Position numbers and translations under genes: made by a program. From NCBI GenBank assembly GCA_030065855.1, contig JASJCT010000002.1:5414-69413 (forward strand): a stretch of 64,000 nt of DNA, written 5' to 3'. Shown here in pieces: positions 19,999 to 30,290 of this stretch (position 1 is the first letter of the stretch; each line of letters opens with the position of its first letter). The stretch is from Myxococcota bacterium (lineage in GTDB: Bacteria; Myxococcota_A; Polyangia; JAAYKL01). Under the pieces are notes generated by a model. That model did no database searches, was not told the DNA's origin, and saw nothing but the letters and a program-made list of their open reading frames with translations.

Positions 19999-22900
19999 CT
20001 AAAGATCGCAGTTGGTTGCGTGGACCACGAGCTTGGAGATGCTGTCCAGTTGGCGCGCAAAGGAGAGAAATGCGGGGTATGTTTGAGGTGAGATGCGATC
20101 TGCATTGAGGTGTGTCGTATAGCTGATCCGCAGGGTCTGCCCCTGACGTTGCTGGGTTCTTTTGATGTGTCCCCAAGGGCTTTGGGTGGTTTCAGTGCCT
20201 GGTTCAAACTGCGCGGGTTGACAAGGACGCTCTATTTCAATCACTGCGTCAACAGTTCTGTCTAACCACGCAGCGACCACCAAGGGCGTGGTTCGGGTTC
20301 GCAAGCCACCGATTTGCCGGGACAGCGTCATGGGAAACGGCATTGTGATCCGGTCTGCGTTCCCGTCAGCCACTGTAAAGCGGGCCATCTCCACGCGATA
20401 AGAAAGCACGAGGGGCTGGTCTGGGTCGGCTAGATGCTCAATGTCGAACTGGGTGAGATGGGCGCCATTGAGCTCAGATGAGAGTTGGTGTTCCATGAAA
20501 AATTGTGCCCTATCGGAGGAGCTGATTGCTTCAAATCCATCACGCCATTCGATAGCTTGGCTGCCGCTCAGGGTCTCTTGAATCTCGCCTGTGGCACGTC
20601 CGTCTGACGAAATGATCCACTTCATTTTAATGTGTTGGGTATCTCGCGGTAGGCGGCCCCCATTGGTGCTGTCTGCTTTTCCAGTGTCGATAAATCGAAC
20701 CGGTCGGTAGCGCAGGTCAGGCGGTAAATACCCCAATGGTGCCCGGTCAATATCCAGGGTGATCCAACCGTGATCCGACACGTGAACCAAGAGGTCACTG
20801 TAGTCTCTATACTCAGGGGTCTTGGGGATTGCGTCGTCAGCGCCGTGTGGCTTGACGATTGCCAGTCGGGATCGGTATCCAGCGGCATCTGACATGGCGG
20901 CAAACGCCCGGGCCCTATTGCCGGATCGCCTGGCAATGATGTGGCTGGCCGATTCAAATCTATCATCCCCAGGTTCGATGTTTTCCATAACCCAGTTGTA
21001 AATGGCGCGCATCCGATCGTGCTGGTGTTTCACGGAAATACCGCCCGTGGCCAGGTCAACTGCGTCTGCAATATGACGAGATAAAGCAATTTTGTCGGCC
21101 AGCAGATCCCGCATTCGCTCGAAAATCATATCCCACGTGGCATTGGCAGTGACACGGATCGAGGGGAGAAACTCAACTGGCGCTGGAGACAGGGGTTCAT
21201 CAGCAGCTGGCAGGCTTGACCGGGTCCGCCAGATGAGAATTTTGCGATCCCCCATGGAGCGCTCTATCATCCGGGGACATGGCCCTCGAGGATCGGCCAC
21301 AACGGCCATTTCCTTAGGTGCTGAAACGATCATTTCAGAACGGTGAAATGCGGTGTCGAAGTCGCGAAAGTAGAAGCGGTCAGTATCAAATCCACCTGGG
21401 TAGATGCGATTCGGATGGATAAACAGGGCGTATTCGGTTTCGATGAAGTCTCCTGGCTCCAGATCTGGTAGGGAAAACGATGGCTTGCCTTGAACAGCCG
21501 TCGGCTCCAAAATGCGGCCGTCTGACTTGAGCGTACGGGCGTTAAGCAACAGTGCATTGCTCGGTAATGTGAACTCGCCGTTGGCCTCAATGGCTTCGTC
21601 GGTTTTCAGATGGGTAATGGCATGGATGATCGCAATCCCTGATCCGTTTTCCCGTATGGCGTACACAGCCCTATCGAGCACATAGACCGCAGCCGTATCG
21701 TAGGCTGGTGCAGCGGCGTTATACATCTCAATTGCTTCGAGTCCGTGGACGCGATGTTCAGAGAAGAGCCCCTGGCCATCAATGGCAAAGAGCGCCTTTA
21801 TCAATTCGGGCTCAGGTGCATAGGACATGTGATGCCCCTGTTCGAGCAGATCTGCGGCAGTGCGTTTCTTACCGCTTGCCCATAGCGCATCTGCCAACAT
21901 CAAGCGAACAGACGGATCTGCCGGAGATATCTCCAGCGCAGCGGCCAAGGCAGATCGGGCCGTATCCAGATTGCTCATGGCCATCGCTGCGTAAAAGACA
22001 TCCAGGGTCGGGCTTGCGAGCAGGGGTTCCAGGCGGGCCAGGCGGTTGCGTTCTTTAAGTGCATCGTTCCAGCTTTCAGATAAGTCGAGCTGCGCTGCAA
22101 CCTCTGGTGATGCAGCATTGCACGCACCGAGCTGCTGGGCCAGGCGGGCAGATTCTGCCAGCCGATTGGATTGCCGTGCGAGTATTAGGTGCCATCCAAT
22201 GGTATGGCACGTGTCTGGAACCAAACGGGTCAGTGCGGCAAGTGCTGCCCTGGCCTCGGCGATCCAGCCCTGGGCTGCAAAAGCCGCCACCAGGGCTTGG
22301 TGGATTTCGGGTTCGTCCGGGGTAAGGGCAATACCTGCAGTCAATAGGTCGATGGCCTGCTCGGTTTTTTCATCCCCCAGGGCCCTGTCCGAGAGGTGAA
22401 TACGGGACCGCCACAACCGGGGCGCCAGCGCCAGGCTTGCGGCCTCAATGGCCCGGGCCCGCTCATATGCCACGTCCCCTGGTAGAGAAGGATCCACACT
22501 GGTCGCCTCTGCCAGTGCTGCGAGTAGAACAGGTGTCCGAACGCCAGCTAACCGCTCGATATCGCCAGCAATGGCGATTGCACCTTCAATATCATCCCAC
22601 CACAGGGCCACCTTGAGCGCGGCGTATTTGGAACTGAGCCCACCGGACGCCGATAGGGCTGCCTGTTCCGGCGGAAGTAGCGGCGTTCCCGGGGCAAGGG
22701 CAGCAGGATCTGTTGCATGCAATAGAGCAGTGCCCGCTGAGGTGAAGGCTGCCAGGCTAAAGCCAGGGGTGGTTGCTGTTGCAGCGATGACTGTGGTGAT
22801 GGCCGTGGCACCGGCTGGCAGCATTACATTGATCCACGCCACGCGGGATGGCCATCCCTTGCGGGGATCCCGTCGAAAGATCTCCTCGCCTCCGACAAAG

Positions 22901-23709
22901 ACAGCAGCACCGTTGACAGTTTGTAGGCGAAAGTGAACGGTTTGGGGCCGCTCTAGGGCGAGTACTGTTTGACTTATGGTCACGCCGTCCACGGGAATGG
23001 CGGGATGTTGAGGCGCAATTACGCACGTATTTGCGCGCACGTTTCTCACCTCTGACAGGCCGCGGCCTGGTCCCAGATCTGGACCCATACCTGACGCACC
23101 GAAGAGATCAGCCGGGGTGGCTGTATCAAACGCAGCCCACGTCCAAGGACCAAACGGGCCTGCGACTTGCCAATTGACCAGGCATCCAGTGTGCTTGAGC
23201 GCGTGCGCGGCTTTTTCCCGGTCATGCCCGCGCCGTGCCAAACCAAAGTTGAGCAGTTGAAGCTGATACCAGGCTTCTAGCGGCAGTCCCCCAGGTGTTC
23301 CCTTTAGCGCGGTCAACAGCCCCTTAAACGCTGCCTTAAAGCCCGCGACCCGATCCCGAATGGCGACAATGCCCATAGCAGCGGCCACGGCTTCGTTCCT
23401 CGCGTGGCCGTGTGCGTGACACAGCTGGATCACGCGGAAGTAGTATTCGAGCGCCTGCTTGGGTGCTCCCATGAGGTCGAGGTGATCGGCCAGTAAAAAG
23501 GCGACCTCAGGCGACTCAGGTGCGTTGGCCGCGGCGGTCTCCAGGAGCTGACCCGCGTTCTCAGTGTCTGTCGCTGCAAAATATGTCGTCTCGATCGCTT
23601 TGAATTCAGGCGTCGCGTGGCCGAGCTCGTGGCGATGCGCAGCGCACCCCATGCCAGTGATAACGAGGAATGGGAGAAACAGAAACAAAAACAAAAACAA
23701 CAATCTCAT
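19999..23709 (-). CDS. TPR / DUF3857 / transglutaminase-fold lipoprotein, catalytically degenerate
   Basis: Lipobox GMGC, WQVAGPF, TPR region and PDLEPGDFIETEY (DUF3857). The GxCxD site is replaced by SGNRA. Overlaps the upstream stop (ATGA). Confidence 0.8.
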   Translation of the reverse strand: MRLLFLFLFLFLPFLVITGMGCAAHRHELGHATPEFKAIETTYFAATDTENAGQLLETAAANAPESPEVAFLLADHLDLMGAPKQALEYYFRVIQLCHAHGHARNEAVAAAMGIVAIRDRVAGFKAAFKGLLTALKGTPGGLPLEAWYQLQLLNFGLARRGHDREKAAHALKHTGCLVNWQVAGPFGPWTWAAFDTATPADLFGASGMGPDLGPGRGLSEVRNVRANTCVIAPQHPAIPVDGVTISQTVLALERPQTVHFRLQTVNGAAVFVGGEEIFRRDPRKGWPSRVAWINVMLPAGATAITTVIAATATTPGFSLAAFTSAGTALLHATDPAALAPGTPLLPPEQAALSASGGLSSKYAALKVALWWDDIEGAIAIAGDIERLAGVRTPVLLAALAEATSVDPSLPGDVAYERARAIEAASLALAPRLWRSRIHLSDRALGDEKTEQAIDLLTAGIALTPDEPEIHQALVAAFAAQGWIAEARAALAALTRLVPDTCHTIGWHLILARQSNRLAESARLAQQLGACNAASPEVAAQLDLSESWNDALKERNRLARLEPLLASPTLDVFYAAMAMSNLDTARSALAAALEISPADPSVRLMLADALWASGKKRTAADLLEQGHHMSYAPEPELIKALFAIDGQGLFSEHRVHGLEAIEMYNAAAPAYDTAAVYVLDRAVYAIRENGSGIAIIHAITHLKTDEAIEANGEFTLPSNALLLNARTLKSDGRILEPTAVQGKPSFSLPDLEPGDFIETEYALFIHPNRIYPGGFDTDRFYFRDFDTAFHRSEMIVSAPKEMAVVADPRGPCPRMIERSMGDRKILIWRTRSSLPAADEPLSPAPVEFLPSIRVTANATWDMIFERMRDLLADKIALSRHIADAVDLATGGISVKHQHDRMRAIYNWVMENIEPGDDRFESASHIIARRSGNRARAFAAMSDAAGYRSRLAIVKPHGADDAIPKTPEYRDYSDLLVHVSDHGWITLDIDRAPLGYLPPDLRYRPVRFIDTGKADSTNGGRLPRDTQHIKMKWIISSDGRATGEIQETLSGSQAIEWRDGFEAISSSDRAQFFMEHQLSSELNGAHLTQFDIEHLADPDQPLVLSYRVEMARFTVADGNADRITMPFPMTLSRQIGGLRTRTTPLVVAAWLDRTVDAVIEIERPCQPAQFEPGTETTQSPWGHIKRTQQRQGQTLRISYTTHLNADRISPQTYPAFLSFARQLDSISKLVVHATNCDL

Positions 23710-26700
23710 TTGTTCCTCTTAAGTCGAACGCGGCTGGCCAGGGTTTGGTCCACGCGTTGTATGAAATCGACAAAACGCGGATAATCATCCCGCAAGACGC
23801 GGTGTACTGAAAGTTCAAACGTGCGGTCCAAGTGGATAGCATTCTGTTGTTGCGAGATGCCAACAGAGAGACGGCCGAATTGAGTCTGCATATTGACCGC
23901 TGTCGGCAGTGTCCCAACACTGTACCCAGGGGGCAGGTGGATGATGGCCCGTCGCTTTGCAATCCGAGTAGGTCCCACAATTAAGTCGTGGATACGCGAT
24001 CCCAGGCGGCCATAGTCGTCGGTTAGGCCGAGGGGGGTATCGATCGGGATTTCCAGCTGCTCCTTGATTTTTTGGGCATAGGACGGCACGTGGGCCGTGT
24101 ATTGATACGATACCTTCTTACTCAGATCCAGCAGCGAGCCAATGTCAAGGGCTTCTACGCTAGATCCTGGGAACCGTCGCGCCAATGCAGATTCGAAGCG
24201 ATCCTTCCGGGTTTGCGGCACTTCGAGTTGTTGTCGAAACGCCGCGGCACTGGGTCCTGAAATTAGGGCCCGGGCTCGCATGGTTGCTTCTCCATTGGGG
24301 TGTAGGGTGATAACGACATCTGACTCGGTGCTATTTTTTGACGGTGGCATTACCGGCGTCAGCCCAAAGATCGCCTGGTCATCCCGAATTCTGAGTGCAG
24401 GCGTGTCCTGGTCGGCAAAGGGGACCGCGTCGATACCAAAATGCTCTGCTGTTCCGTCTAGCCATAGGTCGAGTCCGGGTAGGTAGACAATGGCGTGGTT
24501 GAATACGGCTAACGAGGCCAGCTGGTCGTCAATTGGCCCTAAGTCTCGGGTCCGAACCAGGGCGAATTCAGCTTCAATATCCACTTCTCTGAGCATGGAG
24601 ACCAGTAACGCGGCCTTGTCCTTGCAATCTCCAAACCCCCGTGAAACCACCAGGGGAACCCGGTAGGGTTTGTATCCGTGGATGCCGAATTCCAGTCCAA
24701 CGTACCGCGTGGTCGTCACCACCCATTGATAGATGGCGTGGACCTTTTGGATATCTGTCTTTAGCCCACGGGTAAGTGCGCCTGCCTTCTCTTTAATGCG
24801 GGCATCCGGGATCAATGAATGGCGAATAAGGCCCTGGTACCATTTGCCCAGTGCCTCAAAAGATGGGTAGGTGGAGGCGTGAAAATAGGTCGCCGAAGCA
24901 GTGATGCCGGGCATTCGGTGTTCCCGCCTTAGGGCTGGTGTGGATGTGGTCTCAAAGATCCATCTTTTGGTCTTACCCGTTCGTTTGAGGTTCCTTTTGA
25001 CATTGTTGTTGCTGAGCATGTCGTCATTAAAGTAAAGGTCACGGGTTGGCGGCGCGATAAGAACATACCGCCATAGGGTTTTGGGGATATCTTCTTGGAT
25101 AAAGGCGAAATCGCCAAAGTAGTCGCTAAATAAGTTGCGCTTTGCGGTGTCATCCAATCGGTAGCGCACCTCAATCACATCCCCTGGCGTGAGCAATGGA
25201 AACTCAATCACCTCGGCCACTACATCGTAGTACAATCGATACCAGGGCTCTGAAATGGGCACGATGCCCCGGGCGACGGAGTTCTCCACGGATCCGTCTG
25301 CATGAAAGACCCGGGCTTCATACAATTTGAACCGTTGGCGATCCGGGGAGAGACTCACCGAGTATTGGCGCCATTCCTTCGCAGCCTCGCGGGACGTAAT
25401 TTCGACCGCGATCTGGCGGGCACGATGGGCGAGACCAGATTCAAACACGCGCGTTACGGTCTGATCCACCAGGTACCGCGCCCCATTCCCGCGTGACGAT
25501 GTACTGCGCTGAGCCAAAAAATCATCAGGGGAAACCCAATAAGGGGATGCAAACCCAGGTTCAGTGCGATGAAAGCCGAGGTAGTCGCTGAGCCACGTGT
25601 CCTGGGGACGGAGATCAAGGGCGCGGCTGAGTTCAGTGATGCCCGCGTTCCCTGTTCCTTGACGTCTGAGAAAGAGACCAAAATCCTGCCATGCATCTGG
25701 ATCAGATGGGATCAGTTTGGTGCGCGCTTTAAGGGCGCGTACAGCGCCTTGGGGATCCCCTGCACGTTCGCGCATCTCGCTCTCAAAAAGTAGCCCGTCT
25801 GTATTGATGGGCGTTAATTGAGAGAGGGCCTGCAAGTGATATTCCATTGATTTTCGATCTGACCGGGCAAGGGCAGAGCGGGCCAGGAGTTCGTGACTCG
25901 AACGATCGTCGAATCGGGTACCGAGGATGCGCTTGGCAAAAATGCGTTCATCTTCGCGACGGCCTCCCATGGCTGCGAGAGACATGGCGAGTTTCAACAC
26001 CTTGGGGCAGCCTGGAAATTTTTTGACCAACGCTTGAACCCTTTGGTTGGCTGTTTGTACAAACCCCTGGGCAGCGAGGACCTCGACCTCCAAACAAGCT
26101 GCAGTGATGTCGTCTGGATCCAATGCCAGTGCGCGCTGTATATAGGGACGGGCCTTTATCGGGTCATGGCCGTCTTTTTCAAATGCAGCCCAGGCCAACA
26201 GCACGGGCCGTGTCTTGGATGCCTGGGCATCTATGCTGGATAGTGCTGTGCGGCGTTCGTTTCTATCCAATGCCAAGGAGGCCCACAGCAGGCAGTTTTG
26301 GGATGCCCCATTCAAGTGACATGCGGCCCGGGCATCGTCCCGTGCCAGCACAGCGTTGGGATTGCTGGACTTGGTTTTTGAGATATATCGCGCTGCAGCA
26401 TACAGGGCAGCTGGATTATTTTTGCTGCGGCTTGCCCATTTGGTAAGGCGCTCTAAGGGAGATGGTAGGGCCTTGCCAGCGGGGCCCATGGCAATCTGGG
26501 TTTTGAAGTGACCACTGGGGTCTGATTGCAATGTCAGCGGCCAGGGTTGCATACGGTGGTCTGTGAGGCGGACGAAAAAACCCAGATTCGCACCTGCTTC
26601 TGTACAGACCTTAATCAGGATCCGGTTAGCCCCCTGGCGAACGCGAACACTGGCGCTTAACCTGTCCGGATCTGGGTGGTTGTATGCTGCTGCTGTATCG

Positions 26701-27389
26701 GCGAGGGCCAACGCCCCGTTCCAATAGGCGCGCACAGCACCGCCTGCACCGATTCTCAATACAGCGTTGCCTTTCTTTGGGCTCATCACCGATGTCGCTG
26801 CATAGACACAGGTGTTGAGAACGGATTCGAACATGGTATTGAGATGGGTATATCCCATATGAAAAATCTGTTTGGGTGCGATGCGCCAGAATACTGGCCC
26901 ATCCTTGCCTGTCATTGGCATGGTCGCGTCTAAGGCTGCTGTGGGCTTGGACTCTGGGGAAAAAGCGACGTCAACCCCGGTCCCGCCTTCGTTATCAAAG
27001 GGCCCGGCGACCCACCACCCGGAGAGTGAATCTGAATCTGCATCTGAAAATGAATCAAACCCACGCTCCTCATAGCTTTTTCTGGCCACATCCCGGTTTC
27101 CCATCCTGAGATGGCCCTGGGCCTGGAGGTGCTGTGCGCGCTCCTTGACCCGGATCGGCAACTTGGGATGATCGATCACCTGGCCCAGAGTTGCCATGAT
27201 CGGCTCTGGGCCCAAGAGGTCCCATAATTCAAATATCTCGATGACCTCGATCTCAGCATCCAGGCGGTGGGGATGTTGGATCAGGGCCTCTAAGTGGGCG
27301 TTTAACTTTTCAGGCAGGGGCACTGCATCCGCGCGTGCGCCAGCGATATAGATGGACGCGATAATGGCGATCAAGCGTAGTTTGTTCAT
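23706..27389 (-). CDS. TPR / DUF3857 / transglutaminase-like protein with intact catalytic triad
   Basis: Signal peptide, WWVAGPFDN, PLLTPGDVIEVRY, RYVGLEFG, GDCKDKA (Cys), FNHAI (His), WLDGT (Asp). Confidence 0.9.
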   Translation of the reverse strand: MNKLRLIAIIASIYIAGARADAVPLPEKLNAHLEALIQHPHRLDAEIEVIEIFELWDLLGPEPIMATLGQVIDHPKLPIRVKERAQHLQAQGHLRMGNRDVARKSYEERGFDSFSDADSDSLSGWWVAGPFDNEGGTGVDVAFSPESKPTAALDATMPMTGKDGPVFWRIAPKQIFHMGYTHLNTMFESVLNTCVYAATSVMSPKKGNAVLRIGAGGAVRAYWNGALALADTAAAYNHPDPDRLSASVRVRQGANRILIKVCTEAGANLGFFVRLTDHRMQPWPLTLQSDPSGHFKTQIAMGPAGKALPSPLERLTKWASRSKNNPAALYAAARYISKTKSSNPNAVLARDDARAACHLNGASQNCLLWASLALDRNERRTALSSIDAQASKTRPVLLAWAAFEKDGHDPIKARPYIQRALALDPDDITAACLEVEVLAAQGFVQTANQRVQALVKKFPGCPKVLKLAMSLAAMGGRREDERIFAKRILGTRFDDRSSHELLARSALARSDRKSMEYHLQALSQLTPINTDGLLFESEMRERAGDPQGAVRALKARTKLIPSDPDAWQDFGLFLRRQGTGNAGITELSRALDLRPQDTWLSDYLGFHRTEPGFASPYWVSPDDFLAQRSTSSRGNGARYLVDQTVTRVFESGLAHRARQIAVEITSREAAKEWRQYSVSLSPDRQRFKLYEARVFHADGSVENSVARGIVPISEPWYRLYYDVVAEVIEFPLLTPGDVIEVRYRLDDTAKRNLFSDYFGDFAFIQEDIPKTLWRYVLIAPPTRDLYFNDDMLSNNNVKRNLKRTGKTKRWIFETTSTPALRREHRMPGITASATYFHASTYPSFEALGKWYQGLIRHSLIPDARIKEKAGALTRGLKTDIQKVHAIYQWVVTTTRYVGLEFGIHGYKPYRVPLVVSRGFGDCKDKAALLVSMLREVDIEAEFALVRTRDLGPIDDQLASLAVFNHAIVYLPGLDLWLDGTAEHFGIDAVPFADQDTPALRIRDDQAIFGLTPVMPPSKNSTESDVVITLHPNGEATMRARALISGPSAAAFRQQLEVPQTRKDRFESALARRFPGSSVEALDIGSLLDLSKKVSYQYTAHVPSYAQKIKEQLEIPIDTPLGLTDDYGRLGSRIHDLIVGPTRIAKRRAIIHLPPGYSVGTLPTAVNMQTQFGRLSVGISQQQNAIHLDRTFELSVHRVLRDDYPRFVDFIQRVDQTLASRVRLKRNK

Positions 27390-27533
27390 TCGTTGGACGG
27401 TAGAGGACAGGAAGCCGGGGGTCAAGCAGGCCTAGGCGCTTCTTTTCTATTGCTTTTGCAATTTTCTAAGAATTTCGGTATTTATCCCTTTCTAGCGTTA
27501 ACTGTGCGGACAACATCATTAAGGAGGCAAAGA

Positions 27534-28262
27534 ATGAAATTTTATTTAATGGTAATCGGACTATTAGGCGCCTTGCTCATTGTCTCATGTGGCGGTGAGA
27601 CCAATGATAACGATACGGGCGGTGATACAGATACGGATACAGATACGGACTCTGATACTGGCACGGACACTAGCACTGACACTGGCACGGACGCGGACAC
27701 GGATACCAACACGGATACTGGGACGGACACGGATACAGATACGGATACGGACACGGATACGGATACGGATACGGACACGGATACGGATACGGATACGGAT
27801 ACGGACACGAACACTGACACGGATCCTGATACGGACACTGGCACCGATACGGACACTGGCACCGATACGGACACCGGCACCGATACGGACACCGGCACCG
27901 ATACGGACACTGGCACCGATACAGACACCGGCACCGATACAGACACCGACACCGATACGGAGACGGATACCAACACGGAATTCGCGGGAAGTTGTACTTC
28001 AGAGGTACAGGGGATGCATTTCTGCGTCGATTACGTAGGGGCGGCACATACCCAAACCAGTGCCCAGTTGCAATGTGATAGCTTGCCTATGGGAGAGAAT
28101 GAATACTCAACAGACCATTGTTCCACCGAGGATTGTATTGGCAAATGCGATCTAAACTTCGTGCCCACTGGCACGATTCAATACTGGTATGACGCAGGAA
28201 GTGTAGACCCTGAAGAGAGATGCACCCAGCTCTTGGGCACTTGGTCAGACACCTGCGAATAA
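27534..28262 (+). CDS. Lipoprotein with long Asp-Thr repeat stalk and Cys-rich C-terminal domain
   Basis: AAGGAGG RBS, lipobox IVSC, about 120 residues of DT/GT dipeptides, then an 8-Cys domain ending GTWSDTCE. Confidence 0.85.
   Translation: MKFYLMVIGLLGALLIVSCGGETNDNDTGGDTDTDTDTDSDTGTDTSTDTGTDADTDTNTDTGTDTDTDTDTDTDTDTDTDTDTDTDTDTDTNTDTDPDTDTGTDTDTGTDTDTGTDTDTGTDTDTGTDTDTGTDTDTDTDTETDTNTEFAGSCTSEVQGMHFCVDYVGAAHTQTSAQLQCDSLPMGENEYSTDHCSTEDCIGKCDLNFVPTGTIQYWYDAGSVDPEERCTQLLGTWSDTCE
27612..27977 (+). repeat. Coding 6-bp/18-bp tandem repeat (GAYACN) encoding (Asp-Thr)n
   Basis: GATACG/GACACG hexamers, followed by 18-bp GACACCGGCACCGATACG-type units. Confidence 0.95.
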
Positions 28263-28299
28263 GGACTGGGGATATCCCAGGGATACCCCCCAGCCCTAC
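28263..28299. terminator. GC-rich hairpin between convergent genes (terminator or GTAG-REP-like)
   Basis: GGACTGGGGATATCCC-A-GGGATACCCCCCAGCCC followed by TAC (GTAG on the minus strand). Confidence 0.55.
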
Positions 28300-28345
28300 A
28301 GAAGAATGCGTGGAATAGGTTGGCTATTGAAGGTGGGGCTTTCGA

Positions 28346-28921
28346 TTACATCAGTGTTTGGCACTGCATTACAAAGCTTATATCGCCTCCCACCTTCATC
28401 TTGCCGGTCATGACGAGCATCGGGCCTTTTTTCTTTCCCTGCTGCAGCCCTAGCCAGTCTGAGATTTTGAGCCTAAGCGTGGCTGACGGCTTATCAGACC
28501 CATTAAAGCAGATCGTAGGGACAATCGTTTCCCCATCGTCCTTCAGTATCTTGATGATCAGCATGCCTTTGAATTCTTGCAGCGCACTGAACCGCTTGGG
28601 ATCGGTGAGCTGGATCGGATCGATGAACCTATCCAAGCCAGCATCCACCTGGCCCGAGATGTAATCTCGCCAGTCAGACTCTGACATGTGCAGGGACAGC
28701 ATGGGGGTATCGATGCCCCCCTTGATGATCTCGAGCTTATTCCCATCTGAAATGTTGAGGCAGTACTTTTTATCATCACCAATGTTGTATTGCAGGGTGA
28801 ACGACTTGCCCACCATGGCAGAAGTATCTGCCCCTGCCACGCTCTTTTCGAAGTGCGCAGTCACGTGATTATCAATGAATTCATCTATATCCATGTCGCG
28901 TGGAACGCCAAAATCCACCAT
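28346..28921 (-). CDS. SCP2 sterol/lipid-binding domain protein
   Basis: Duplicated SCP2-like halves; C-terminal MLVMTGKMKVGGD signature. Confidence 0.8.
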   Translation of the reverse strand: MVDFGVPRDMDIDEFIDNHVTAHFEKSVAGADTSAMVGKSFTLQYNIGDDKKYCLNISDGNKLEIIKGGIDTPMLSLHMSESDWRDYISGQVDAGLDRFIDPIQLTDPKRFSALQEFKGMLIIKILKDDGETIVPTICFNGSDKPSATLRLKISDWLGLQQGKKKGPMLVMTGKMKVGGDISFVMQCQTLM

Positions 28922-28955
28922 TTTTCAATTCCTTTCTCTCAGGGGTTGCCTGGGA

Positions 28956-30263
28956 TTACACTGCCTCTAGCACCGCGCCAGCTGAGACACCGCCAGCACC
29001 GCAGATGCCGAGCAGCGCCGTGGCCTTGCCTGTGAGTTTTAGTTCGTTCGCCATGGTGGTGACCATCCGCGCGCCGGTTGCGGCAAATGGATGACCAATG
29101 GAGATGGACCCGCCGTGCAGGTTGATGCTTTCTGGATTTATCTCGCCAAATGCTTTGTCCATGCCGAGTTGGGTCTTTGCAAATGCTTCGCTCGCGAGCA
29201 TGCGGAGCACGCTGAGTACTTGCGCGGCAAAGGCTTCGTGGATGTCAATGATGTCGATGTCCGCCAGGGTCATACCAGCGCGTTGCAACGCTCTGGGCAT
29301 GGATATGGCAGGTCCCATCAGCATCTGATCAGTTGGATCGACGGCGTCAAAGGACCAGCTTCGAATCGCTGCTAACGGAGCGATCCCAAGGGACTTGGCC
29401 TTTTCCTCGCTCATCAACAGGCTGGCTGCAGCGCCGTCGGTAAGTGGGCTCGAGTTGCCAGCGGTCAGGTTGCCGCACTTTGCAAACGCCGGCCTTAGCT
29501 TGGCCAGCTTAGCCACGCTCGTATCGCCTCGGATGAGACCGTCGGCAAAGATCCGTTTTCCTCCCCCGGGCACATCCACTGGGACGATCTCGTCCTTGAA
29601 TCGGCCCGAAGCCACAGCTTCGGCCGCCCGTTTGTGGGACTGCACGGCAAAGGCGTCCTGGGCCTCGCGGGTGATCGCATTGCGCGCACCCATTTTTTCA
29701 GCGGATTCCCCCATCAACTCACCTGTGGATCGCTCCTTGACCGCTGGCTGCCGAGGAACCAAGTCCTGGCGTGGGTTGAGGGTCATCATCATCTTGAGGT
29801 AATCCATGGGTTTGGATTTTGGGCTCATGACCACTGGTGCAGCTTTGTGCACGAACGTCGGGGGCATGCTTACCTCGGCATTGCTGACCGAGTCACTGCC
29901 GCCTGCTATGACCGCATCTGCCTCACCCCGCTCAATAGCAGCTGCCGCAAGGCAGATCGACTTGAGACTCGACGTGCAGGCGCGGGTAATGGTCGTTGCT
30001 TCGAGCGTGGGTGGCAGCCCTGCGTCGAACACGATCTCGCGTCCGATGTTAACCGAATTACCCGGCAGAACCACACCGCTCCAGACCATGCTGTCAAGCT
30101 CTTCTGTGTTAATATCTGTTTGCGCGAGCAGTCCGCGGACTGCTGCAACGCCCAAGCCGATGGTGTCGATGCGCGTAAAGTCAGAAAAAGATTTTAGGAA
30201 GGGCGTACGCACGCCGCCTACGACGACCGCTCGTCGTTTTGATGCTTTATTGTTAGATGCCAC
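28956..30263 (-). CDS. Acetyl-CoA C-acyltransferase (thiolase, FadI/FadA2-like)
   Basis: GVRTPF, RACTSS (catalytic Cys), NSSPLTDGA, HEAFAAQ, GHPFAATG and GICGAGG motifs. Confidence 0.95.
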   Translation of the reverse strand: MASNNKASKRRAVVVGGVRTPFLKSFSDFTRIDTIGLGVAAVRGLLAQTDINTEELDSMVWSGVVLPGNSVNIGREIVFDAGLPPTLEATTITRACTSSLKSICLAAAAIERGEADAVIAGGSDSVSNAEVSMPPTFVHKAAPVVMSPKSKPMDYLKMMMTLNPRQDLVPRQPAVKERSTGELMGESAEKMGARNAITREAQDAFAVQSHKRAAEAVASGRFKDEIVPVDVPGGGKRIFADGLIRGDTSVAKLAKLRPAFAKCGNLTAGNSSPLTDGAAASLLMSEEKAKSLGIAPLAAIRSWSFDAVDPTDQMLMGPAISMPRALQRAGMTLADIDIIDIHEAFAAQVLSVLRMLASEAFAKTQLGMDKAFGEINPESINLHGGSISIGHPFAATGARMVTTMANELKLTGKATALLGICGAGGVSAGAVLEAV

Positions 30264-30290
30264 GTTTTTTTCCTTTCGTCTCACAGGGGG

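Noticed and set aside
27542-28047. VSVS, RIRT and YPYP repeat ORFs
   Set aside because: These are alternative frames of the Asp-Thr repeat; only the DT frame has an RBS, lipobox and folded C-terminal domain.
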